64,000 nt of DNA from Candidatus Latescibacterota bacterium (GTDB taxonomy: Bacteria > Latescibacterota > UBA2968). Shown in pieces: positions 49,181 through 58,088 of the stretch (position 1 is the stretch's first letter; each line of letters opens with the position of its first letter). The notes under the pieces are model-generated. The model was not told where the DNA came from. It saw only the letters and a list, made by a program, of their open reading frames with translations, and did not search any database. Made by a program: the position numbers and the translations under genes. Location of the stretch: NCBI GenBank assembly GCA_965204745.1, contig OZ242010.1, forward strand, positions 416,001 to 480,000, in the 5' to 3' direction.

Positions 49181-50107
49181 TCAAATTTCGGGCGTGTTTT
49201 CATGACGTTCCGCATATTCTCTCGCTTGAATTGGGTCGTCCGCGTTCTTTTGCAATGAACGTTTGAAGAGCGCGATCTCTTTATCTATATCCCCCAAATC
49301 TTCGATATCCTCTCCGCGGGCGGCTTTGAGATGGAGGTTCAGGGCGTATTCGCAACACTGTGCGATGTATGTGATAAACTCGGTCAAATCTTCGGTTCTA
49401 TCGGCACGCGCCAACGCGCTGATGTATCGATCTCTTTCCTCAATGGGGATTAGAGCCACGGTGTATCCGTGTTTGATCAAGATCATATTCATCAAAAGCC
49501 GCGCCATGCGGCCATTCCCATCGTCGAAAGGGTGGATGCGGACAAAGCGGTAGTGAAACGCAGCAGCGATGACAATGGGATGCTCGCCCTCGGTTTCTCG
49601 CCTTCTGTACCAATCTAAGAGATCGCTCATCGCGGGTTTTACTCGGTCTGGCGGCGTAAAATAATACGTCTCATCGGTAGCGGTTCGCACATTGTTGGGC
49701 CGCGTCTTGTAGCTTCCAATGGCAATGCGTCGCTTTACGTGCTGCCCATCAGGCGTTATCGCGTCGTTTTTGTAAGGCTCTTTTAGCAATACTTTATGCA
49801 GATTGCGGATGAAAACCTCGTTGAGTGCCTCGTCTTTTTTTGCGGCTTCCTCGATGGCTTTGACCGCATCGTCGTGACCTTGGATATCCAGATGATCGCG
49901 CATGGATTTCCCGTGGGCGGTGAGGCCATGGAGAATCAGGCTTTTCGTTTCTCCGAGGGTTAGGCTGTTGCCCTCTACGGCATTGGAGTGATAATTCGAC
50001 TCGATCCTGAGCTTTTGCTCTATCCGTCTGATGACCTCGAGAGGCAATGGTCGCAAAGCGTCCAACTGCTTTTTCAACCGATCAATTTTTTCGATGGGGT
50101 TGCTCAT
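49181..50107 (-). CDS. Fic-domain protein, possibly C-terminally truncated
   Basis: SNAVEGN, HPFDDGNGRMAR. Confidence 0.88.
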   Translation of the reverse strand: MSNPIEKIDRLKKQLDALRPLPLEVIRRIEQKLRIESNYHSNAVEGNSLTLGETKSLILHGLTAHGKSMRDHLDIQGHDDAVKAIEEAAKKDEALNEVFIRNLHKVLLKEPYKNDAITPDGQHVKRRIAIGSYKTRPNNVRTATDETYYFTPPDRVKPAMSDLLDWYRRRETEGEHPIVIAAAFHYRFVRIHPFDDGNGRMARLLMNMILIKHGYTVALIPIEERDRYISALARADRTEDLTEFITYIAQCCEYALNLHLKAARGEDIEDLGDIDKEIALFKRSLQKNADDPIQAREYAERHENTPEI

Positions 50108-50135
50108 AGCTTGTCCTTTCGCTACTCGGGGGTTT

Positions 50136-52082
50136 TCAGCGTTCTTCCGGATTGAGCAGGGTGGCGATGTGGATGGCTTGGAACAGGGCCGCGGCTTCGG
50201 ATTGGATCCGCAGGGAGCGTCTTTTGGGCAACAGGGCCGTTTCCCCGAGCATGGGCGGGGAGACGCACACATCGACTCGGCCTGGGTTGATGTCGATATT
50301 GCCCTTTGGGCACTTGGGCCACAGCGCGTGCAGGCCGCGGTACGCGATAGGCACGATCACCACGTCTTGGGGCAGTTGGGCGAACACCCCGTGCTGGAGT
50401 GGAAATTGTTGAATGGCAAAGGCCGCGGTCGTCGCCATGGGGTAAATCACGCCCGGTCGATCTGCCAAGGCGTGGGCAACGCGCTGTGTGGTATGGCCCG
50501 CGGCGTGGGACCGCTCGAGCATCACGTACCCATCGACAGTCTCCAAAATCTCGTCAAATGCCTCGGAGGTCATCCCGAATTGCGTGATCTGTTTGGACCC
50601 GATCTTAATGCCCGAACGCGCCAGCCCGGTCCGCGCCAAAATCACGCACGGCTCGGGCCTGTCCCAACCCATAGCGTCCAAAAACGCGGGGGACTGCAAC
50701 ACCTCGTACAAAACCGGATGGTCGAACAAACTCTGATGCGTGGGCAAAAAGATGAGCCGCTGATTTTCCCCGGTGGCCCGCAGTGCGCGCATCACGGCTT
50801 CAAACTGCGGGTCGATCAACACATTGACCCGAATATCGAAAATCCCCAGCGTGCGATGCCCCCAATCGAGCCAGGCGCGCCACCCGGCTTCGCGGCGATG
50901 AATCGGGTCATCGCCTTTGTGCAGCAACTTCTTTTTGCGATGCCCGGTCCGAAGCGAAACCGCCATCCACTTGGCAAACCGCAGGCCGCGTTGCCATTTT
51001 GAAAACTGGGCACTGCGTCCGACATCGGGATATTCCAAAAAGCGTCCGCGTGTTGGAGTTGCGAGCAGCGGGGGCGTTTGCACGGGCGAAATGTCTTGCG
51101 ATGCGCGCTGGATTTGCGCGTTGACCGCGCGGATGAGTTGTGCGGACAGGTCGATCATATCCCGCGTCAAATAGCTGTACTCCTGCCCGTACCAATACAA
51201 CTTGGGCCGCAACTTGGTGGGGTCTTCCTGATGGGCAGATAAAAATTCGATCAACAATGCCTGGGCGCGGGCGATGTCATCGGCGATCCCCTGCAAACCG
51301 GACTCGGCAACCGCGCCGTGCAACCGCGCCAACGCCACCTCGGCATCGGCGATCACCTTCCACACGGACACCCCGAACCAGCCGAAGTTCGTCAGATAAT
51401 TGTAGCGCGTTGCCAGCAAGCCCCCGGCCGCGATCAAATTGAGGGTGCGCTGGGCGACATCTTGTAGCAAATCGCGCAACCTGCCCGTCACGCGCTCGCC
51501 ATCTGTATCGCAGACATAGACCTCGGCCCAATGCGCGTCATCGTCTAGCACCACATCCCCGAGCACCTCGGCGACTGCGCGGGCGTGCGACATCGGCACC
51601 TGCGTGATATGCACATGCGCGAGGGCCTCCTCCACGGCTTCGGGCGCGTGCAACTCCTCTTCGGCCAGTGCTTTCAAGTACAGGGATTGGTACAATTTCA
51701 AAAAATCTCGCGCATCGCCATGGCCCCGCGAGACGAATCGCGCCTTGAGTTGCAAATACATCTGCGTCCCCGCGTGGTATTGCGGCAACAAATCGGCGAC
51801 TGGGCGATACGCCTCGAGCAGCCGTTCATCGCGAATCGCGGGCAGGCCGCGAAAAATCGCATCCACAATTTGCGCGCGAAATTGCAATGCCTTCAAGTCC
51901 ATGCCCCCGCGCTGGGTTTTCGGCCAGACAGCCGGCGCGTCAAAGTCGTCAAAATAGCCATCGTGCGCGATGGCTTCGAGCATGCGCTGCACGGACTGGT
52001 CGTAAATCGCCCGCATCTGATCGGCGTCGTCGAGCAGGGTTTCGTGCAGGGGGCGAGGGTCTGATTTGTCGCGTGTCAGCAT
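50136..52082 (-). CDS. PlsC-superfamily acyltransferase with a large unrecognised N-terminal domain (candidate DHAP acyltransferase)
   Basis: FLPTHQSLFD (HxxxxD), IYPMAT, IVPIAYRG in the C-terminal third. Confidence 0.7.
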   Translation of the reverse strand: MLTRDKSDPRPLHETLLDDADQMRAIYDQSVQRMLEAIAHDGYFDDFDAPAVWPKTQRGGMDLKALQFRAQIVDAIFRGLPAIRDERLLEAYRPVADLLPQYHAGTQMYLQLKARFVSRGHGDARDFLKLYQSLYLKALAEEELHAPEAVEEALAHVHITQVPMSHARAVAEVLGDVVLDDDAHWAEVYVCDTDGERVTGRLRDLLQDVAQRTLNLIAAGGLLATRYNYLTNFGWFGVSVWKVIADAEVALARLHGAVAESGLQGIADDIARAQALLIEFLSAHQEDPTKLRPKLYWYGQEYSYLTRDMIDLSAQLIRAVNAQIQRASQDISPVQTPPLLATPTRGRFLEYPDVGRSAQFSKWQRGLRFAKWMAVSLRTGHRKKKLLHKGDDPIHRREAGWRAWLDWGHRTLGIFDIRVNVLIDPQFEAVMRALRATGENQRLIFLPTHQSLFDHPVLYEVLQSPAFLDAMGWDRPEPCVILARTGLARSGIKIGSKQITQFGMTSEAFDEILETVDGYVMLERSHAAGHTTQRVAHALADRPGVIYPMATTAAFAIQQFPLQHGVFAQLPQDVVIVPIAYRGLHALWPKCPKGNIDINPGRVDVCVSPPMLGETALLPKRRSLRIQSEAAALFQAIHIATLLNPEER

Positions 52083-52104
52083 GGCGATCAACTTTCTTTT
52101 GCGG

Positions 52105-53766
52105 TCAGCGATTCGCGCGGGTGGGCCGTTCAGGTGGCGTCGATGGCTTTTGCCCCTTCATAGCCGCGGCTGTTTTGAGCACATGGCGTTGCAGGCCGGG
52201 AATGTGGATCTCTTTGAGGTAACGGGGCCAATCGATGCGCGAGACATCGCAGTTGAAAATTTCTTGGTCCTCTGCGTCCATGTCGTTGAACAGGCGGGTC
52301 ATATTCTCGTTTTGAAACACGCAATCGAGAGACATATAAGACGTGTAAATGTCGGTGAGGGACAGGGTATTTTCCAGCGTGGCGTTCAGGATGGACAGGT
52401 GGCGTTTCTTTTTGGAAACGTCGATGAGCGGCACGCGGTCGAGTGCCCACTGCGCCATCTTGATGGGCAACTGATAGCGGTAGCGCAACTTGCGGCGGAA
52501 CTGCGGCAGGGTGGGATAGGTCCACGGCGCCACCGCGATGGGGTTGCCCTGCCGGTCACGCATGGGATTTTCCACAAAATACTCGTGGACATACTGGACG
52601 ACCTCGCCCAAGGTCACGGGATTGCGCGCGCCTGTGGTGACGTGATAAACCCGCAACTCGGATGATGCTTTGACCGCGGGCAAAACCCCGATGATCGCGT
52701 TGATGATGATATCCACGGGGATAATGTCTAAAATCGTTTCTGGGCGCGCCGGGAAATCCGTCAACCGCCCCTTGCCGTAGTGGACGATGATCGGATCCGC
52801 CACCTTGAGGCCCTCCAGCCAGCCGGGCTCGGGGTCGGACAAACTGCTTTCGATAATCGACGGGCGGACGATCACAGTCGGCAACTTGCCCCGCATTTTG
52901 GCGATTATCTGCTCGCCCATGGCTTTGGTAAAAGAATAACTGTCGTGCCAGCCCAATTCGCGGCCGCGCTGCATGCCCCGCGCCACCATGTGGTCGCGCA
53001 CCCAGCGTTGGCGCAGGGCCTCGAGTTGGTGTTCGCGCCTGTGGGCGGTCACGCGCTTGCCCCGGTCCTGTTTGTCGAGCAAGCGCGTAAATTCGGCGAA
53101 CCGCTCGGGCCGCCGAGACGCGGCCTCGGTCTCTTGGCTATACGCCAAAATGCTTTCGATCTCCGCATCCAACTCGTAGTTGAGCGCACGCCCATCGCCC
53201 ATCAGGTGCGCCACGGTTTGATCGGGTATGGGCGCGTCTTCGGAAATGATCCCCTTTTGCCTGCCGTTGACGTAGGCGGTCGAAACGTGGACGAGCACCG
53301 CGTCGCTGCACGCCTTGGCAAACTCGACGATCCGCATCGCGCCCAGGGTGTTTTGCGTCAGCGCGAAATCCAGCGGCTCGTCGAACACCACTGTGGCCGC
53401 GCTGTTGATCACGATATCGACTTCGCGGGTCAACCGTGCGTATGTTTCCGCGTCCATGCCCAAGCGGTCTTTTGACAAATCGCCCGGCACAGCCACGAGT
53501 TTTTCGCGCATCACCGCGTTGAACCGATCCCCGAGTTCGGCGCGCAATCGCGCAAACGCATTGGATTGCAACACCTCGCGGTCGAGGCGATCCGCCACGC
53601 TGATCGGCTTGCCCGCCCCTCGGCTTCGCGGGCGCACCATCAGATAGACGCGCCCCACATCCGGCGCGTGGCGGAGAATTTTTTCCACCGTGCCCTTGCC
53701 CAAAAAACCCGTTGCACCCGTGACGAACAGCACCTTGCGGCTCAAAAATGGAATGACGACGCTCAT
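52105..53766 (-). CDS. Alcohol-forming fatty acyl-CoA reductase (NAD_binding_4 plus Sterile domain)
   Basis: TGATGFLGK, HVSTAYV, YSFTKAMGE, RPSIIES, DIIPVD, FNCDVSRIDW. Confidence 0.88.
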   Translation of the reverse strand: MSVVIPFLSRKVLFVTGATGFLGKGTVEKILRHAPDVGRVYLMVRPRSRGAGKPISVADRLDREVLQSNAFARLRAELGDRFNAVMREKLVAVPGDLSKDRLGMDAETYARLTREVDIVINSAATVVFDEPLDFALTQNTLGAMRIVEFAKACSDAVLVHVSTAYVNGRQKGIISEDAPIPDQTVAHLMGDGRALNYELDAEIESILAYSQETEAASRRPERFAEFTRLLDKQDRGKRVTAHRREHQLEALRQRWVRDHMVARGMQRGRELGWHDSYSFTKAMGEQIIAKMRGKLPTVIVRPSIIESSLSDPEPGWLEGLKVADPIIVHYGKGRLTDFPARPETILDIIPVDIIINAIIGVLPAVKASSELRVYHVTTGARNPVTLGEVVQYVHEYFVENPMRDRQGNPIAVAPWTYPTLPQFRRKLRYRYQLPIKMAQWALDRVPLIDVSKKKRHLSILNATLENTLSLTDIYTSYMSLDCVFQNENMTRLFNDMDAEDQEIFNCDVSRIDWPRYLKEIHIPGLQRHVLKTAAAMKGQKPSTPPERPTRANR

Positions 53767-53823
53767 AAAAAACTCCGGCAATGGGGGGAATGGAGAACGA
53801 AAAACCGCGTCCAAAAGCGACTC

Positions 53824-53853
53824 AATAAAAGGCGTCTATCGGGCATGTGTCAA
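53824..53853 (-). promoter_or_regulatory. Possible promoter of the lipid cluster
   Basis: TTGACA then 17-18 nt to a weak TTTTAT/TTTATT. Confidence 0.35.
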
Positions 53854-53901
53854 CCCCTTTCTCGCACGGGGATAAGGAGCAAACCCTTGCCAAAAATGGG
53901 G

Positions 53902-53930
53902 TTGACAAAAAAAAGAGCAACTCCTATCTT
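53902..53930 (+). promoter_or_regulatory. Sigma70 promoter of ndk
   Basis: TTGACA-17 nt-TATCTT. Confidence 0.7.
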
Positions 53931-53981
53931 GTCCACTTCCAAGCGCGATACGCGCCGTATTTTCACGCGGATATAACGACT

Positions 53982-54392
53982 ATGGAACGCACCCTGCTCA
54001 TCGTCAAACCAGACGCGGTTGCAAAAAACGCCATCGGCGAAATCATCCGCCGATTGGAAGCCGAGAACTTTCGGATTGCCGAACTAAAAATGCTCCGCCT
54101 CACGCGAGACCAAGCCGCCGAGTTTTACGCGGTGCATCGCCACCGGCCCTTTTACGACGCCCTGCTCGATTTTATGACCTCCGGCCCTTGCGTGCCCATG
54201 GCCCTCGACCGCGAAAACGCCGTCTCATTCTTGCGCGAAACCATCGGCAGCACCGATCCCGCCGAAGCCGCCGAAGGCACGATCCGCAAAGACTTCGCCA
54301 CCGACATCCAAAACAACGCGGTCCACGCCTCGGACTCACTGGAAAACGCGGCTAGGGAAGTGGCGTTCTTTTTCGATAAATGTGAGGATTGA
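53982..54392 (+). CDS. ndk: Nucleoside diphosphate kinase
   Basis: ERTLLIVKPDA, NAVHASDS. Confidence 0.97.
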   Translation: MERTLLIVKPDAVAKNAIGEIIRRLEAENFRIAELKMLRLTRDQAAEFYAVHRHRPFYDALLDFMTSGPCVPMALDRENAVSFLRETIGSTDPAEAAEGTIRKDFATDIQNNAVHASDSLENAAREVAFFFDKCED

Positions 54393-54422
54393 CACCCTGT
54401 TCTTTTTTTTTGGAGAATTAAA

Positions 54423-56432
54423 ATGGCAATGACAACACAGAGCAAAACCTACCTCGACCGAGCTATCGCCGAGGGCCATGCCAAAATCACCGGCGAGGGT
54501 CGCGATGAGCGCGTTCACTATATCGACGCCGACCACTCCGAACGTTGGGCCGACCCAGAGGAGAAAGTCCGCGCCGAGTTGTGGGCGGAACTTATCTGCA
54601 AATACAAATACCCGCCGGAGTGCATCGGCTTTGAGGTCAGCGTTCCAAGACGGACGCCAAATGACCGTGCGGACCTGGTCATTTTCTCTGATAAAGAATT
54701 GAAAGAGCCTTATTTTGTTATCGAATGCAAACGTCCCGACCTGTCCGATGCTGCCTTTGATCAGGCCATTGAACAAGCCTGCGGCAACCGCGCTAGCTTG
54801 GGCGCGAATTACTGCGGTGCAATCGCCGGGCGAACCCGCCGCTTCTTGCGCTTCGACAAATTCCCATCCTTAGAGCGCGAACGCAACCATCTCTCCGACA
54901 TTCCCACGCGCTACGGCCAGCCACCTGTATGGCGTTTCCTGAAAAATCATCCGGAGAGGGACTTGACCGCTGTTCCCCGCGAAGAACTGCGTGCCGCCAT
55001 TCGCAAGTGCCATCAAACCCTTTGGGAAGGCGGACGCCGCAGTCCCATCGCAGCGTTTGGCGAATTTTCCAAACTGGTCTTTATCAAACACCGAGATGAG
55101 AAAAACTTGGATAGGGCAGACGGTCAACCTTACGCCTTCCAGCGTCGCGATGGCGAAACCGCCGAGGAACTCGCCTCGCGCATCGACCAACTCTACGACG
55201 CCGAGCAACGAAATGAACCGGATGTGTTCATTGATCGCATCGACATTGACCCTCCTATCATGGCGCAATGCGTGGAACACTTGGAGGACATTTCCCTTGA
55301 CCGCACGGAACTGGACACCAAAGGCGTCGCGTTTGAAGAATTTATGGGTAGCTTTTTCAAAGGCGATTTCGGGCAGTATTTCACGCCCCGCGAGTTGATT
55401 GCCTTCGCCGTTGCCGTGCTCGACCCAGAACGGACCGACATCATCCTCGATCCCGCCTGCGGTTCTGGCGGCTTCCTGCTCTACGCGCTCGACCATGTGC
55501 GCCGCAAAGCCGATGAGGTGCAAACGCCCGGTACGATCTCGCATTTTACCTACTGGCACGATTTTGCCGAAAAGAACCTGTTTGGGCTTGAAGTGAACGA
55601 CGAACTTGCCCGCGTCGCCAAGATGAACATGATCATCCACGACGATGGACATACCAATATTGTCGGTCACGACGCGCTGGACTTCCCAAAAAAAATTCAG
55701 GCAAAAAACAACGACCTTGCTGAGGGCAAGTTCAACCTCATTCTCACCAACCCACCTTTTGGCTCGATCATCAGACGTACGGAAAAAGGGGAAGGGTATC
55801 TGGATCAGTTCGAGCTACAGCAATACCTCGGCAAAAATTATCCCGATTCCACCAAAACAACCGGGAATGGGGCAAAAAGCGGCATCAAAGCTGTGAAAGC
55901 ACGCGCCAGTATCAAGACGGAAATTCTATTCTTGGAGCGTATCCACACTTTTCTCAAGCCCGGTGGTCGCGCCGCTGTGGTTTTGCCAGATGGCATTCTC
56001 ACCAACTCCTCGTTGCAAGGCGTGCGCCATTGGCTACTCAACCACTTTCAACTGCTGGCGGTAGTCAGCCTGCCACAATTCGCCTTTCAGCACTACGACG
56101 CGGGCGTGAAGGCGAGTATTGTCTTTCTCCGCCGCTTGGCTGATAACGAGACCGCCCCCGACGAACCTATCTTTATGGCTCTGGCTGAGAACATTGGATA
56201 CGACGCTACCGGACGCAAAACCTTCGATGTAACGGTTGAGGAGCAAACTTCCAGAAAAGAGAAGGTTGAACGACACAGTTGCGATCTGTTTGACTACCGC
56301 GTCACCTACGAGTGGCGGCGCACCGGTTCCGGCGAAGGCGACTGGAGCGAACGACATCGAGAAATTATCCCCGATACCGGCTTGGTCGCCCAATGGCAAG
56401 CCTTTCAGCGGGATCCCACTTCTTTTTTTTGA
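54423..56432 (+). CDS. Fused HsdR_N-type endonuclease and N6-adenine methyltransferase (RM subunit)
   Basis: PEEKVR, RADLV...IECK nuclease motif; GQYFTPR, DPACGSGGFL, NPPF. Confidence 0.9.
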   Translation: MAMTTQSKTYLDRAIAEGHAKITGEGRDERVHYIDADHSERWADPEEKVRAELWAELICKYKYPPECIGFEVSVPRRTPNDRADLVIFSDKELKEPYFVIECKRPDLSDAAFDQAIEQACGNRASLGANYCGAIAGRTRRFLRFDKFPSLERERNHLSDIPTRYGQPPVWRFLKNHPERDLTAVPREELRAAIRKCHQTLWEGGRRSPIAAFGEFSKLVFIKHRDEKNLDRADGQPYAFQRRDGETAEELASRIDQLYDAEQRNEPDVFIDRIDIDPPIMAQCVEHLEDISLDRTELDTKGVAFEEFMGSFFKGDFGQYFTPRELIAFAVAVLDPERTDIILDPACGSGGFLLYALDHVRRKADEVQTPGTISHFTYWHDFAEKNLFGLEVNDELARVAKMNMIIHDDGHTNIVGHDALDFPKKIQAKNNDLAEGKFNLILTNPPFGSIIRRTEKGEGYLDQFELQQYLGKNYPDSTKTTGNGAKSGIKAVKARASIKTEILFLERIHTFLKPGGRAAVVLPDGILTNSSLQGVRHWLLNHFQLLAVVSLPQFAFQHYDAGVKASIVFLRRLADNETAPDEPIFMALAENIGYDATGRKTFDVTVEEQTSRKEKVERHSCDLFDYRVTYEWRRTGSGEGDWSERHREIIPDTGLVAQWQAFQRDPTSFF

Positions 56433-56482
56433 AAAGCCCCGCTGAACTTGGCAAGGCGCAATGCTTTGCAGTAAAGCGGGGC
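56410..56482 (+). promoter_or_regulatory. Predicted -1 programmed ribosomal frameshift signal
   Basis: GGGA, heptamer T TTT TTT (56423-56429), stop TGA, 6-nt spacer, hairpin 56436-56482. Confidence 0.65.
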
Positions 56483-57814
56483 GAAACAGCCGATAGGCTT
56501 GATGCAAAGTTTCATGCTTTGCATGAAATTCTCAGTTCTCCTTTTCCATTGGTAGAGTTTGGGAGATTGGTATGTGCGGAGCCGGATTACGGTTTGAGTT
56601 CAAGAGCGGTGCCAAGGACATCAAATAAACAACCCCGGTATATTCGAATTACCGATTTTGGAGAGGACGGCATTGAACCTGATCACAAATTTGTGACCGC
56701 CGACCCCATTGTAGCGGGTTACAAACTCAATCGCGGTGACATTATTTTTTCCCGCACTGGTAGCGTTGGAAAGACCTACTTGCACGAAGATGTTAGCGAA
56801 CCTGCTGTTTTCGCTGGATATTGTATCCGATTTAAATTTCATATTTCAAAAGTGTTGCCGAAATTCGTTTATTGGTGGACGAAGACCCAAGCGTATGAAA
56901 GGTGGGTTACAGCCATTCACCGGCCTTCGGTACAGTCGAACATCAACAAGGCAGAATTCAAATCCTGTCAGATTCCACTACCTAAAGTTGAAGTTCAGAG
57001 CAAACTCGTGACGAAAATGAACGCGGCACGGGCAGAGCGAAGGGCAAAATTAGCGGAGGCCGATGCACTGCTGGCCGGGATTGACGATTTCCTGCTTGAT
57101 ACGCTGAACATTACGCCGCCACCTGAAGATCATCGTCGCGTGTTTGCTGTTCGTAGTCAAGTCGCCCGTAAGCGTTTCGACCCTTACTTTCATTCGCCTA
57201 ATTTTGCGCGAATGAAAAAAATGCTTTCACAGACACGGTGCAAACCATTGGGAGATATAGCGGCATTATCAAAAGAAACTTGGAGTCCTCGAGATCGCGA
57301 TCAGTTGACATTCCGGTATATTGAAATCAGCACAGTCAGTCCGCAGACAGGCGAAGCTCATTGGAACGATGTTTTAACGTCAGAAGCCCCAAGCCGAGCG
57401 CGAATGAAGGTTAAAGCAAACGACATCATCGTTAGCTTGACTCGCCCCCATCACGGTTCTATTGCTTACCTTGGTTCGGAGTTTGAAGGCTGTATCGCAT
57501 CCACGGGATTTGCCGTAATTCGCAATGTAGCAGAACACGTCCGACGCGATTACCTATGGTGCGTCTTGAGAGCGCAGTTTTGCCTTGATCAGATGCTCCA
57601 GCGGACAAGCGGCGGCAATTATCCCGCCATTATCCAATCAGAACTATTGAAAATCCTCGTACCCGTACCCGGCGAGAAAACTCAGAATCGTATCGCCTCC
57701 GAAGTTCGCTATCGCCGCGAAAATGCCCGTCGCCTGCGCGACGAGGCCGAAAACGGTTGGCAAGCGGCCAAGCGTTGGTTTGAGGAACAGTTGTTGGGGA
57801 GTACCACGCCATGA
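56429..57814 (+). CDS. hsdS: Two-TRD specificity subunit in the -1 frame of the RM gene
   Basis: RLDAKFH and RFDPYFH repeats, YIRITD, SRTGSVGK, PSRAR, STGFAV; no ATG with SD at its 5' end. Confidence 0.85.
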   Translation: MKSPAELGKAQCFAVKRGETADRLDAKFHALHEILSSPFPLVEFGRLVCAEPDYGLSSRAVPRTSNKQPRYIRITDFGEDGIEPDHKFVTADPIVAGYKLNRGDIIFSRTGSVGKTYLHEDVSEPAVFAGYCIRFKFHISKVLPKFVYWWTKTQAYERWVTAIHRPSVQSNINKAEFKSCQIPLPKVEVQSKLVTKMNAARAERRAKLAEADALLAGIDDFLLDTLNITPPPEDHRRVFAVRSQVARKRFDPYFHSPNFARMKKMLSQTRCKPLGDIAALSKETWSPRDRDQLTFRYIEISTVSPQTGEAHWNDVLTSEAPSRARMKVKANDIIVSLTRPHHGSIAYLGSEFEGCIASTGFAVIRNVAEHVRRDYLWCVLRAQFCLDQMLQRTSGGNYPAIIQSELLKILVPVPGEKTQNRIASEVRYRRENARRLRDEAENGWQAAKRWFEEQLLGSTTP

Positions 57815-58088
57815 GTTTTGAATTTCTCCTCACTTGTAGGGTAACGCCAGAGGCCGATATAAAGGAGGTACTAACCGATTCCCTTGCCGGTGCCTTAGAT
57901 GACCGAGATGAGTTTGACCAGGAAGTAATAAATGACCTGATACAACTGCGGCACGAGCGAATTAGAGACACTTCTCAACATAGAATAATCGGCTTCTCTG
58001 TTGAACTACCAGAAGACATTGAACCCGCTGAAACTATAATTGAAGACTTCATTGAGAATCTGTGCGACTCTGGTCATGGGTTTCACAT

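Noticed and set aside
49181-50145. att-like repeats flanking fic (GAACG..TGAAAAC..CCCGA)
   Set aside because: The similarity is too short and gapped to distinguish from chance.
56312-56428. GTG start of the 500-aa hsdS ORF
   Set aside because: It lies inside the RM gene and encodes non-homologous sequence; S-like sequence begins after the T run.
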